Shown piece by piece: positions 11,401 through 21,317 of a DNA stretch of 64,000 bases (the stretch's first letter is position 1; each line of letters opens with the position of its first letter). The stretch lies in the NCBI RefSeq assembly GCF_033153115.1, contig NW_026889755.1:15314001-15378000 (forward strand), written 5' to 3'. A program made the position numbers and the translations under genes. This stretch comes from Saccostrea echinata. Taxonomy: Eukaryota. The notes under the pieces were generated by a model. The model saw only the letters and a list, made by a program, of their open reading frames with translations. It was not told the DNA's origin and ran no database searches.

Positions 11401-14085
11401 AATGACATCTGGTTTATGGGTTTTTCCCAAACAAGTCTCACCAATGATAGTCCAACCAAGGGACAGTTTTTGGGCATAGGGTTGATTTCCCAATCCAATG
11501 CGTTGGTCTAAAACGTGATGTGCTTTGGTTATGTCCCTTCCTATCAGTAACAAGATTTCTGCATTAGGATCAACTGGTGGTATGTGATCAGCAATGTCAT
11601 GCAAATGTTCATAATGTAGGGCTACATCTGGTGTAGGAATTTCCTCTCTGACTTCAGGAATTTCATCACACTCAATGATGGTAGGTATATCTATACAGTT
11701 TTGTCCATCTAATGACTCAACAACTAATCCATGAACTTTACGTCCTGACCTTTGAACTTTTCCTGAACAAGATGTTAACAGGTAATTTGTCATAGTTCCA
11801 TGAGTGTCCATAAGATCAAAGAGTTCTGGTTTAGCAAGTGTTCTGTTTGACTGGTCATCAATCACTGCATAAATTTTCACAGATTTTTGCGGACAGTGTT
11901 TTGGGTACACATGCACCAGAATGGTTTTAGCACAAGATTTTCCACCAAATGTTTGTCCACAGATTTGTGTACACTTAGAATTCACAGCTGGGTTGTTCAC
12001 ATTTTCAGAATCTAAAACTTGTCTCTCAGTGAAATTCTCCCCGCCATAGTTTCTCCAAGGGTATGAAGTCTGAACTTTTGTCCTGTTCACATGTAATGGT
12101 GATGTGTGAAATTTGCTTCCACATTCTCCACACTGCACATCAGAATGACACTCTGCTTGTTTATGATCTCTTGAACAACATCTATAACACAAATTGTTAT
12201 CTTTCAAGATCTTCCTCCGTTCGTCAAATGGCTTTGTTCTGAAAGCTCTGCACTGTTCCAAGGAATGGTTTGTCTTATGAAGGGGACACTGGTTTTCTTT
12301 TCCTGAGTTACGAAGAATCTGTGGTTGCCGAGACACAGCTGTTTTCCTGCTTGAAATCTTCAGAGTTTTGTCACTGTGTTTCTGCATATGCAAGTTTCTA
12401 TCTGTATAAGCAAAACTGGGATTGTTCTTGATACGGCTTTGCTCACGAATAAAGTTTGCAAATACATGAAATGGGGGAAACACAACATGATGTTCACTTA
12501 TGTATTTCACTGCTGTATTCGTCCATTTTTCTTGAAGTTGGTACGGAAGCTTCATGACGATAGGTGTCACTCCTGTCGACGCATCAAAATATGCAAGTAA
12601 TGACTGGTAACGAATATCTTCTTTTGCTGCTAGGATTTCATCCAAAATATCAGACAAGTCATATAGACGACGATAATCTTTCGATGTAATAGGAGCAAAT
12701 GAGTTCAGTTTTGTTTTTAAAGCAGATTCTATCATTTCAGGACAACCAAATCTCTCCTCTAATCTTTGCCAAATTCTCTGAAGTCCATGCACTGGATTGC
12801 TCGCACTTGCTGCTTTAATGCTGATAATCTGTTGTTGTGCTGATAGACTAGTGAATTTGATAAGAAAGTCAATTTCCTCTTCTGGTGTCACTTGTAAGTC
12901 TCTCATAACAGATTTAAAGGTTGCTTTCCATGACGGGTAGAATTCAGGTTTGTCATTAAATTTGATGAGACGTGAAAGCATCAAGTCTTTTTTCAAGAGA
13001 TAACGAGTGAAATCTGAAGTCACTGCTTGTCCTCCTACACTCCAGGACGGCTGTGGTGGAAAGTATGGAAGAGCCTGAGGATTCAGTATAGATGTACAAG
13101 GTTCTGGAATGCAACTCTGACTATGTTGATTAACATTTTCTTTCACAATAGTTTCAGGTTCTACACAAATGTTTTTATTTTGAGTTCTGATTTGAGCATG
13201 TTGCTCTACATATGATTTTGTACGTTCTTTACTGTCAACACTCTCTAAATGTTTAATACATGTATCACTATGACCACACTGACTTCCTTCCTCTTCACTG
13301 AGAATTTCCGCTTCAGCAACTGCGACTTCCTTTTTAACAGATAGTAATTGTAGATCTGCTTCTAAATCGTCTGTCATTTTCTGAGACTTAGCTCTTTCTA
13401 ATGCTAGAAGAGATTGTTCCTTCTTAATTTTCATTTCAAGTTCGGTATATTTTAATTTGGCACGGGCAATTTCTGCTTTCTTTCTCTTTTCAGACAATGA
13501 GCTTTGTTTACTGCTGATTGAAGAAGTTTGTGAGGCATTTTCTTGTGATCTCTTAGTTGACCTATTTGAATGAACATCTTCTTCCTGAGGTGGTTTCTGT
13601 TCATGAAGCTGTGGTGACTGTTGGTACAATGCATTCAGTTTTCTGAAAGCAGTATCAAATAAGATAGAATATCCTTTCTTTGAAAACTTGAGTTTTTGAA
13701 GTTCATGTACACATTTTTCAGTTCGATGTCTTTCCAGAAAACCACAGAATTCACTGAAGAGTACGTCGAATGCATCTATTCTTGTTTCTAATTGTGATTT
13801 CAAATGTATGATGAGTTCTGGATTTTTAGAAGATGTGTGGTCTACTTCCTCGATGATAGTGTCTACATTTTTCCATAACTTTTGTAAACGAGCTGAGTAA
13901 GTGTTAATCTGTTTGTCTAGGAGTTCTTGACCTTTCTCAGTTAGATCCCTGTGACGTTTCGGCCTGGCAGAGGCCTGGTTTTTGTCATCTTCTTCTTGAT
14001 CAACCATCTGGTGTTCGTCATCTTCTTCTTCTTGATGATGATCACTCATCCTCAAATTCTGGGTTTGGTTCTGGCCAATTGACAT
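8422..14085 (-). CDS. BEL/Pao Gag-Pol polyprotein (1887 aa), truncated by a frameshift in integrase
   Basis: Three BEL-type Cys/His knuckles (CPLHKTNHSLEQC, CYRCCSRDHKQAEC, CGECGSKFHTSPLH); protease AVIDDQSNRT; RT FYVDD; RNase H FCDASE and IPRLELCGA; integrase HHCC and the D-D-E triad (LDTFG, SDQGTNF, WERLIG). Confidence 0.95.
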   Translation of the reverse strand: MSIGQNQTQNLRMSDHHQEEEDDEHQMVDQEEDDKNQASARPKRHRDLTEKGQELLDKQINTYSARLQKLWKNVDTIIEEVDHTSSKNPELIIHLKSQLETRIDAFDVLFSEFCGFLERHRTEKCVHELQKLKFSKKGYSILFDTAFRKLNALYQQSPQLHEQKPPQEEDVHSNRSTKRSQENASQTSSISSKQSSLSEKRKKAEIARAKLKYTELEMKIKKEQSLLALERAKSQKMTDDLEADLQLLSVKKEVAVAEAEILSEEEGSQCGHSDTCIKHLESVDSKERTKSYVEQHAQIRTQNKNICVEPETIVKENVNQHSQSCIPEPCTSILNPQALPYFPPQPSWSVGGQAVTSDFTRYLLKKDLMLSRLIKFNDKPEFYPSWKATFKSVMRDLQVTPEEEIDFLIKFTSLSAQQQIISIKAASASNPVHGLQRIWQRLEERFGCPEMIESALKTKLNSFAPITSKDYRRLYDLSDILDEILAAKEDIRYQSLLAYFDASTGVTPIVMKLPYQLQEKWTNTAVKYISEHHVVFPPFHVFANFIREQSRIKNNPSFAYTDRNLHMQKHSDKTLKISSRKTAVSRQPQILRNSGKENQCPLHKTNHSLEQCRAFRTKPFDERRKILKDNNLCYRCCSRDHKQAECHSDVQCGECGSKFHTSPLHVNRTKVQTSYPWRNYGGENFTERQVLDSENVNNPAVNSKCTQICGQTFGGKSCAKTILVHVYPKHCPQKSVKIYAVIDDQSNRTLAKPELFDLMDTHGTMTNYLLTSCSGKVQRSGRKVHGLVVESLDGQNCIDIPTIIECDEIPEVREEIPTPDVALHYEHLHDIADHIPPVDPNAEILLLIGRDITKAHHVLDQRIGLGNQPYAQKLSLGWTIIGETCLGKTHKPDVINVMKTCVLPDGRPTLMLPCNSNLQVKEKILNETSTNIMCTKTEIGESVFQRTENDEKLGLSMDDHEFLDIMNSEFTKDLDGHWQAPLPFRKDRQRLVNNYDQARKRAKQLDYTLQKDPTKKEHFVEFMDALFKNHHAEIAPPLQNGEECWYLPLFGVYNPKKPNKIRVVFDSSAKFEGKSLNDVLLTGPDLTNSLLGVLLRFRREKVALIGDIEQMFYCFKVCEPHRNFLRFLWHEDNNPEKRLIEYRMTVHVFGNSPSPAIATYGLRKTVKEVEDMFGTDVTQYVERDFYVDDGLTSQPTVEKAVDLMKRTQKALSYGKLRLHKIASNNQEVMNAFPPSDLSSEMKDLDLSKDNLPTQRSLGLNWDLQSDSFFFKISNDVKPFTRRGVLSTINSIFDPLGFLAPIIIQGKSLMRNLLQETVNWDEPLPENQSTQWEKWKNSLQHLQNLHIPRVYIELTQSWSETMNKTIHIFCDASESAISAVAYVESQGNFGFILGKSKLAPLKGHSIPRLELCGAVLAVEIAKCVSEQLELPIEHFKFYYDSKVVLGYIFNNSRRFYQYVANRVMQIRKVTKPDQWSYISTDKNPADQATRQIPVKALQNSTWLLGPSPAHLQQIQHPCVSYEMVDPDSDREVRQEITCLKVDISRLGLKSERFSCFSQWRKLVETIARLQHIAHSFQQGDSKCSGWHVCEDSRTVENFNKAEKLIIKIVQNEVYLEEIQCILKEKPLPRDSNILPLSPFLDKDGILRVGGRLNKSSLPINEKNPVIIPRNHHIALLIVRYYHELCKHQGRHLTAGAIRSAGFWIIGARKLVSSILHNCVKCRKLRGKLLCQKMSDLPTDRLEPSPPFTYIGLDTFGPWEIVTRRTRGGSANSKRWAILFTCLTTRRIHIEVVEELSSSSFINAFKRFEAIRGKVTQIRSDQGTNFVGAINDLKIDSTGLNLEDGKIKNFLYECGTTWKFNPPHSSHMGGAWERLIGVVRRVIDAGDTS

Positions 14086-14093
14086 TTATTTAC

Positions 14094-14888
14094 TATGCTG
14101 TCTGGAACAGCTAGCTAAACCTCACACCTCACACCTCATACTTGATCATTGAAGAACACATGGTAACTGGTTCCATATTTATTAACAAGCGAATTCATAT
14201 TCCAATCAGTGAATGAGCGAATGAGCCTAGGTGATTGAGACAAAGTGAGCCTATGTGAGTGAGCCTAAGTGAGCGAGTGAGTCTACACGAGCGAGTAAGC
14301 GAATGAGCGAGTGAGCGAATGAGGTAAATAACTGAAATAAACAAAATCAAATACTATAATACTGATATACCAAAAAGACAATAACGGTGTTCCATAGAAA
14401 TAGCTCACTTATAAACCTTATCATAATAACAAATTACTATAAAGCATATTAGATAAATTGAATAACAATAACTAATTCTCGTGACTTCAGTGACTTTAAA
14501 CTTTACAAAAAATACCGGTCTGAATAAGTTTTCAATACACAAAAACTCTATAAATAATCACCAAAAAACTTTACAAATAATAGGTATGAAGTTACAAAAG
14601 TTTCCTATAAAAACTTACATGGTAATAGGCCACAAATCGTAAGAAGGTAGAATGTTACATGTACATCCTCATGGATGGAACTCTAATGGCAGACTGAATG
14701 AAAACTTGCACGAGAAAATGAGGGAGATAACTCCTGACACAAAAGATTTCCACTCAAGGAAGATAATTCAAAAATTTACAAAGAAGGATAACTCTTTCTG
14801 ATATCTGAATAATACACATATTTCACTCCGTATAATTACACAAAAAAGCAAACAAAAATAAATAAAAAATAAGAACTGTGACAGCACA
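14094..14888 (-). repeat. 5' LTR of the BEL element
   Basis: Direct repeat of 7080-7874; ends TGTGCTGTC...GACAGCATA on the - strand. Confidence 0.95.
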
Positions 14889-15279
14889 AGCTGTTCTTAC
14901 TATACAGGCATTTTATAAAGGTTACAAGACAAGATGCATGTACCAAAGAATGGAGCAGGCCATAGTGTTGCTCCAGGCTAGTTTTAGAGGTTTTCTAGAT
15001 AGAAAAAGGATGAAAGAACTTCATGAAGCTGCGGCCTTTATACAGCAGGCTTTTAGAAACCACTGGAACATCAAACTTTTCAAGGTTAGATCAAGTAAAA
15101 AATATTTTCTTTGTCAATCATCAAAATGAATAAAATTAAGGTAATGGTTTAAAGAAAATTGCTTTAGTAAAATACATAGTCATTTGTTAATTTGCTTAGA
15201 TGATTAAAATTGGGTTGCTTTTATAAGAATTAGTTTTTCAAAACAATGAATCAACTAATTGGTTGGTACAAGATGTAAT

Positions 15280-15459
15280 TGTAACAGAGAAATGTCTGTG
15301 CCTTGGAATGGATTTGAACCCAGGACCTCTGACATGCCAGTTCAGTGCCTTACTAGATAAGGAGTTCACCTTTTACTTTGATCGGTAGAGCACGGGACTG
15401 ATATGCCCAATGGTCCCATGTTCAAATCCATTCCAAGGCAGAAACATGTCTCTGTTACA
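15280..15459. mobile_element. 180-bp palindromic element with two tRNA-like arms; probable solo LTR of a tRNA-containing TRIM, or a MITE
   Basis: Ends TGTAACAGAGA...TCTCTGTTACA; 4-bp TSD TAAT; B-box-like GTTCAAATCC in both arms. Confidence 0.65.
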
Positions 15460-15534
15460 TAATTAACTGGTATGCAATCTTGCATTAGATTACCTTATCT
15501 TATTTATAAAAGCGTTTTTCTTTTATTGTATTAG

Positions 15535-15672
15535 GAGAAAGAAAGACAAGACTTCTTTTTACAATTTGCCAAGCAAGTAAAGATTCACTTGTCAGCAACA
15601 GTCCTACAGAGATGCTACAGAAAATATAAAGCACAGGCCAATAAACAACTTCACAGTGCACTCAAAATACAG
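15535..15672 (+). CDS. ASPM-like exon A, copy 1
   Basis: 138 nt, open; tattag| ... cag|gtagag. Confidence 0.75.
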
Positions 15673-16026
15673 GTAGAGTTTACATATTCTTTGTTTTAAA
15701 ATTGGGTGAACAAATTTCTTTCTCAAATATCATATGTTAGATGATAAAATATTAATTGTTGAAATAAAGTTGCGGTCTTGCTAAAATACAGTACTGTTGA
15801 AGTTTGGTATCTCGAACATCAATATCTCGAATATCATGCGTATGAAGTAAGGTAGAGGTCACAACAATCTTTTCTTTATGCATTTTAACCTCAATATTTT
15901 GAATTGTTTGAAATCTCCATTTTTGGCCCACCGAGTGCAAGATAATGAGGTTTACAGTAGGTAAATATGTGCTGTGTGTCAGATAAATTGTTACAAATAA
16001 TGAGTTTAAACATTGATTCATTGCAG

Positions 16027-16179
16027 AACTGGGTGAGAGGGAGATTGTGTCGAATTAGGTTCTTGAAGCTCAAGAAGTCGGTTCTTGTGATTGAAACAGC
16101 AGCATTAAAGTGGAAACACACCTGCCTTCGAAAAGAAAAACAAGCAGCTACCCTAATGCAGGATACACATTTAACAATG
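16027..16179 (+). CDS. ASPM-like exon B, copy 1
   Basis: 153 nt, open; tgcag| ... atg|gtaatt. Confidence 0.7.
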
Positions 16180-16589
16180 GTAATTCTTTTTCAAATATTA
16201 AAGCCTTACATCAAAATGCAGGTGCCCAATGATAATCAACTGTCCCTTTGTCCATTCACCACTACTTTATGTGATAGGGAAAAGTCAGGGTTAAAAGGAG
16301 GGGTTCATATGAGTCACCATGTCCCTCTGTCTATCTGGCCTACTTGTACAATCGTGTTGAGACAATGACTTTGTAATGGAGAAACACTGGAAGCTCATTC
16401 TTGGTGAAAGATTGTTTATGACCTTGGTCAAAACCTCGATCAGTAGAGCACTAAACTGGCATGCCAGAGGCCCCATGTTCAAATCCATTCCAAGGCAGAA
16501 ACATGTCTGTTACATAATTAACTGGTATGTGTATTTGCATTAGATTGTCTTACCTAATTTATAAAAGCATTATTTTCTTTTTGTATTAG

Positions 16590-16727
16590 GAAGAAGAAAG
16601 ACAAGAACAATTACTACAATTTGCCAAGCAAGTAAAGATTCACTTGTCAGCAACAGTCTTACAGAGATGCTACAGAAAATATAAAGCACATGCAAGGAAA
16701 CAACTACACAGTGCTCTCATAATACAG
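16590..16727 (+). CDS. ASPM-like exon A, copy 2
   Basis: 138 nt, open (EEERQEQLLQFAKQVKIHLSATVLQRCYRKYKAHARKQLHSALIIQ). Confidence 0.75.
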
Positions 16728-17064
16728 GTGGAGTTTACATGCTCTTTGTTTTAAAATTGGGTGAACAAATTTCTTTCTCAAAAAGGGTAGGTGATGAAAT
16801 GTTAATTGTTGAAATAAGGTTGTAGTCTTGATAGAATACAGTACTCAAACATTAGTATCTCAAATATCATGCGTATGAAGTAAGGTAGAGGTCACAACAA
16901 TCTTTTCTTTATGTACTTTAACATCAATATCTTGAATCCACGGATATCTCCATTTTTTAATTGGCCCAATGAGTGCGAGATAATGAGGTTTACAGGAGGT
17001 AAATATGAGCTGTGTGTCAGACAGATGGTTACAAAGAATGAGTTTAAACATTGATTGATTGCAG

Positions 17065-17217
17065 AACTGGGTGAGAGGGAGATTGTGTCGCATTAAGTTC
17101 TTGAAGCTCAAGAAGTCGGTTCTTGTGATTGAAACAGCAACATTAAAGTGGAAGCACGTCCGCCTTGAAAAAGAAAAACAAGCAGCCATCATAATGCAGG
17201 ATACAAATTTGACAATG
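17065..17217 (+). CDS. ASPM-like exon B, copy 2
   Basis: 153 nt, open, same splice sites as copy 1. Confidence 0.7.
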
Positions 17218-18345
17218 GTAATTCTTTTAAAGTATTAAGGCCTTACATCAAAATGCAGGTGCCCAATAATAATTACCTGTCCATCTGTCCATTTAACAAA
17301 CTTTTATGTGATGGGGGAAAAGTCAGGGTTAATAGGAGGGGTACATAGGCCTTGTCCCTCTTTCTGCGGGGCCTACTTGTACAATCGTGTTCGGACCATG
17401 ACTTTGTAATGGAGAAACATTGGAAGCTCATTCTTGATGAAGGATTTTTTATGACCTGGGGGGTTGGGGGGGTTGCTGTGGTTGTTTGACTGTTTATGAC
17501 CTGAGAGTGTGTCAAGACCCTGACATCATTTGTACAAGTTCAAGGTAACTGGCAGAAAAACGTGTAATTCCTATCCTGGCCATATCTTGTAATAAAGAAA
17601 CGTTGGGAGGTCGTAGAAAAAATGTTGCCAATCATCTTAAAGTGTGATTTCATTTTCACTTTTTTGGTAAATTCAAGGTAAATTGCAGAAAAGTGTCAAA
17701 TTTATGTTTCGCAGAAAAACCTTGCAAAAACTTTTTGATTGCTTATAACCTGAGCATGTGTTTTGATCCCACAGTCATTTAGGCAAGTTCAGAAAAATGT
17801 ATAATTTCCTTTCATACTGAATGAGGAAGAAACATGTAAAGCTCGTAATAGACAAAAGGATTGCTCATGGCCTCTATACATGTATGTATCTTTGGGGGGT
17901 ATCATTTTGTGAGCTTCGATCCTCAGAGTAATTCTTAGTCTCTCTTTTCCCAGACTTTTGCTCTAATTATGAGACTTCTTTGTGCAAAGTCTTGAGAGTG
18001 AAAATCTGGAAAAAGCGAGACTAATTACATGTAATTTTGGCTGATGTCACCATTCAATTGATATAACATTTTTTTTGGTGAAAAATGGACTACAGCATGA
18101 GCAAATATATTGTCATGCTTGTGGTTAATCAGGCATAAACTGTCTTATGCACCCAGAATATTTTAATTTTGTGATCTCCTTTCAAGCAATATCAACCAAA
18201 CTTGGTGTAATTTGTGTGTCAGATGGGGATTTTAGTATTTTAAAAAAATGGCCCTGCAGGCATTATTCTGTCATTATTATCAGTGTATCTGAAGAAAACC
18301 TATGGTTATTTTTAACATTTTTTGTTACATTTTTTTTTATTATAG

Positions 18346-18399
18346 GTGGAAGAGAAGGTAAAGGAGGAGGAAGAAAAGAAAAAGTGTAAAAAATTAGGG
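18346..18399 (+). CDS. Candidate exon (VEEKVKEEEEKKKCKKLG)
   Basis: T-rich tract, then tag| ... ggg|gtatgt; 54 nt, phase 0. Confidence 0.45.
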
Positions 18400-18401
18400 G
18401 T

Positions 18402-18483
18402 ATGTGTTAGAACATAAACTCTATTATTGTAAAGCTCTAAATGTGTTAGAACATAAACTCTATTATTGTAAAGCTCTAAATGA
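18402..18483. repeat. Short tandem duplication, ~39 bp x2
   Basis: atgtgttagaacataaactctattattgtaaagctctaa is repeated. Confidence 0.85.
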
Positions 18484-18980
18484 TATAGAGTGTTAACATA
18501 TTTACGTCTGATTTTGGTAAACCTTGTTGACATTTTATCCCAAATCTTGAAGAAACCATTAAAAATCATCGGAAACTTGAGAGATTGTTGTATTTAGCAG
18601 TTTTTGCACACAAACAAAATCCAGTACAAATATAGAGAACTGTTGTTATTGTCGTTGTCAAATATTAAAGATACAACTTTACAAACTTTGTCCCAGAATT
18701 TCCAAAGAATTTGATGTTCATAGGAACTAATTTCCATTTAGTATTTCTGAATAAAAGGATAGTCTTTTGATCTAACAAGGAATAATAAATGTCTGTCTTA
18801 GAATGATAAATACCATAGATAATTTAGTATCTTTGTTAAAATCTGGATTTGAGTTCTTGCATGCCAGGCAACTATCCTTGAGATCATAGCTAATCCAATT
18901 TTGATGTAACCAGTAAAACTAAATTACTAAAGAGCATCATTCTGTGCATCTGCATATTGTATCATCTTTCTACATTTCAG

Positions 18981-19052
18981 AGAATGAAAAGATTAAGAAG
19001 ACGGTTCAGAAAAACCTTTAGTTGTGTAGGAGGAAAATCCACGATATATGAA
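18981..19052 (+). CDS. Candidate exon (RMKRLRRRFRKTFSCVGGKSTIYE)
   Basis: tttcag| ... gaa|gtaagt; 72 nt, phase 0. The next acceptor at 19423 gives F-stop followed by AATAAA signals. Confidence 0.5.
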
Positions 19053-20295
19053 GTAAGTTAGTTTTATTTTTTTCTGTGGCTTTCTCAGTCACATCCCGGG
19101 CATTTCTTTACTTTTTATCTGTTCTCGTTTTCGTTCAAAGATAGGTGGTTGGATAGTTGGTATTCAAAATAAGGCTAAACGATTATTTTTTCATAGAATA
19201 ATAGAATTTTAAAATAAATACTAGTGTATCATGATCAGTAATTCTTAGAATCTTGACATTGCTTTGGAAAAAAGATGTTTCAAAATTATATAGCATTTGT
19301 ATAGATAATTGAAGAGCTATCTCTTTCACAATCGTTCTTTTTATCAGCTTTATCTTGCTTGCCCCCCCCCCCCTTTCATGTATATTTTGTTTATAATACA
19401 GTGGTTTTTTTTTCTTTTTTAGTTCTGAAGAGGACATCCAACCCACATTTACAGATTACTATATTAATAAAGTTTAAAATAGGGTCATTAATTTTTTTGA
19501 CAATTCTGTCCATTTTGTATATAAAAGAAGCTTTTAATATTTATTAGTTTTGAATAAACAAGCAATAGAAGATATTCAATGTTTTGTATCAAATAAAGAT
19601 GTAATAAATTGCATTATAAGATATTATTGATTTTTAGTTATAAATTTTGTTTATAACTAATTTTAAAGAAATAACTAAATGTCTTCCAGAAAAAGTAAAT
19701 TTTTCTTACACATTCTCCGAGTCATGAGAATCATAATCTTGTGCTTACACCCATTTTCTGTGGTTCTAAGTGGATAAGAGTCATGGACTTCCCTTAGATG
19801 GGACACAGATCCATCCATTGCCTTATATGCAATTTACATTTTAAAAAACCTTACTCTTCTGTATAGTATTGACTCAAGATTGAAAGCTGTTTTTGACAAC
19901 CTGGTTCACATTTATACCTCCTATTTCCATAGCCAGAATAGACCGAATGGTAGAACTGCTGACTTTATAGATATTGACACCGCGGGTATTTTTTTAGAGT
20001 CATGGTTCGAATCCACCTGGTGTCTCACTTTTATTGTAAAAAATATACGCCTTCTCAGACACTTTTTATAAGGGCTTGTGTATTTTGCTACAATTATCTA
20101 TCCTTTATACGTATATTCATTCTTGATATAAAAGACCCTAAAGTGAAAGCAAATCGTAAATTCCTTTGTAACTAAAACACGATCACTCAGCATAGCACAC
20201 CCTTCTTCGAAGACAAGAATTATTCACTCTGTGTTTATACTCAATACAGGTATTCTCGCCTGTAATGAGTTGCGATGGATTTCTATTTTATATAT

Positions 20296-20857
20296 CATGT
20301 GCGGATCTGGAGAGGGTTCGAGATAGGTTTCGGATCCCCTGAAATTTGTGGAGTTATTATGTGTACATGGTTTTTTGTTTGTTTGTTGTTTAACGTCCCT
20401 CTCGAGAATTTTTCACTCATATGGAGACGCCACCACTTGCCGGTGGAGGGCTGCAAATTTAGACCTATACTCGGCACTCAGTGCCATTGAGCAGTGAGGG
20501 ATCTTTTTCGTGCCAGCACCTACTGCGACACGGAACCTCGGTTTATACTGTTTCATCCGAAGGACCGATCTCCACGTTCCACATGGGATTCGAACCCGCG
20601 ACGTAAAGATTAACTCCTTATACTCCGCGACCCGAGAGCAAACGCCCTAAACACGCGGGCGACTACGTGTACAAAGTAAAGTATGTTTACATAGTAAAGT
20701 AAATAAAAGAAAAATGACCTTGGCCTCCCCCCATCCCCCCCCCCACGAAAACACGGATTCCTGTAAAGTTGATAAGAAACTGAAAGTAAACATTAAATGC
20801 TGTTTTTTTTATTGGGGTGTAACCCCCCCCCCCGAAAAATATCCTGGATCCGCGCTA
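20296..20857. mobile_element. Small inverted-repeat element (gcggatc...gatccgc) hosting a SINE
   Basis: Ends gtgcggatctgg and cctggatccgcgc, with poly-C tracts inside. Confidence 0.45.
20368..20663 (-). mobile_element. tRNA-derived SINE with a V-type central domain
   Basis: - strand B box GGTTCGAATCC; GGTCCTTCGGATGA...AAACCGAGG core; (AAAC)n tail; TSD ta(t/c)gtgtaca; homologous to 56355-56700. Confidence 0.8.
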
Positions 20858-21186
20858 TCCACCGTCAGGCACTTGAAGCGTGAACAACGTAATCTATGCA
20901 TTCCCCCTTTACAAAATAATGTATAAATTACTGAGTGCATTTTCTGGGAAATGAGTGATTTCTCCATCATAGCAATCTTAATGTTATTCTGTGCAATTTC
21001 CAGTTTTATAATTTGGCCAATACGCGGGTGGGGTTGGTGGGGGATGCAGAGTTGTATAGTATCATGGTTAATAACGCTTTGTAGGTGCCTGTGCATCTAA
21101 AATTATGTTGTGTTCGCTCATACATGTATAAATATCGAATACTGGCTATTCATTTTGATCAAAGTGGTCTATTATAAAGTTACTTC

Positions 21187-21317
21187 NNNNNNNNNNNNNN
21201 NNNNNNNNNNNNNNNNNNNNNNNNNNNNNNNNNNNNNNNNNNNNNNNNNNNNNNNNNNNNNNNNNNNNNNNNNNNNNNNNNNNNNNNNNNNNNNNNNNNN
21301 NNNNNNNNNNNNNNNNN
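21187..21317. other. Assembly gap
   Basis: Run of N. Confidence 1.

Larger units (their letters stand above)
7080..14888 (-). mobile_element. Full-length BEL/Pao LTR retrotransposon
   Basis: Two 795-bp direct repeats; 5-bp TSD AGCTG (7075-7079 and 14889-14893); gag-PR-RT-RH-IN order; PPT-like AGACGGGGAG abutting the 3' LTR. Confidence 0.97.
6140..15084 (+). pseudogene. Large IQ-repeat exon, copy 3 (6140-7079 plus 14894-15084), interrupted by the BEL element
   Basis: First codon GAA>TAA (6140-6142). The frame LKGA|VLTIQAFYKG is split by the retrotransposon. Donor aag|gttaga at 15085. Confidence 0.8.
2138..19428 (+). pseudogene. ASPM: ASPM-like (abnormal spindle) IQ-repeat gene, degenerate or partly pseudogenised; multi-exon model
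   Basis: Tandem IQxxxRG motifs. Exons 15535-15672 and 16027-16179 translate LQFAKQVKIHLSATVLQRCYRKYKAQANKQLHSALKIQ|NWVRGRLCRIRFLKLKKSVLVIE, which resembles the post-IQ region of ASPM as recalled. All exons are AG/GT-bounded and phase 0. No CH or ASH domain seen in the window. Confidence 0.75.

Noticed and set aside
10169-13634. Short ORFs overlapping gag-pol
   Set aside because: Antisense or alternate-frame by-products with no motifs.
14059-14077. TGGCCAGAACC as a displaced tRNA PBS
   Set aside because: It starts 16 nt from the LTR, inside the ORF, and I recognise no matching tRNA 3' end; not fully excluded without a tRNA search.
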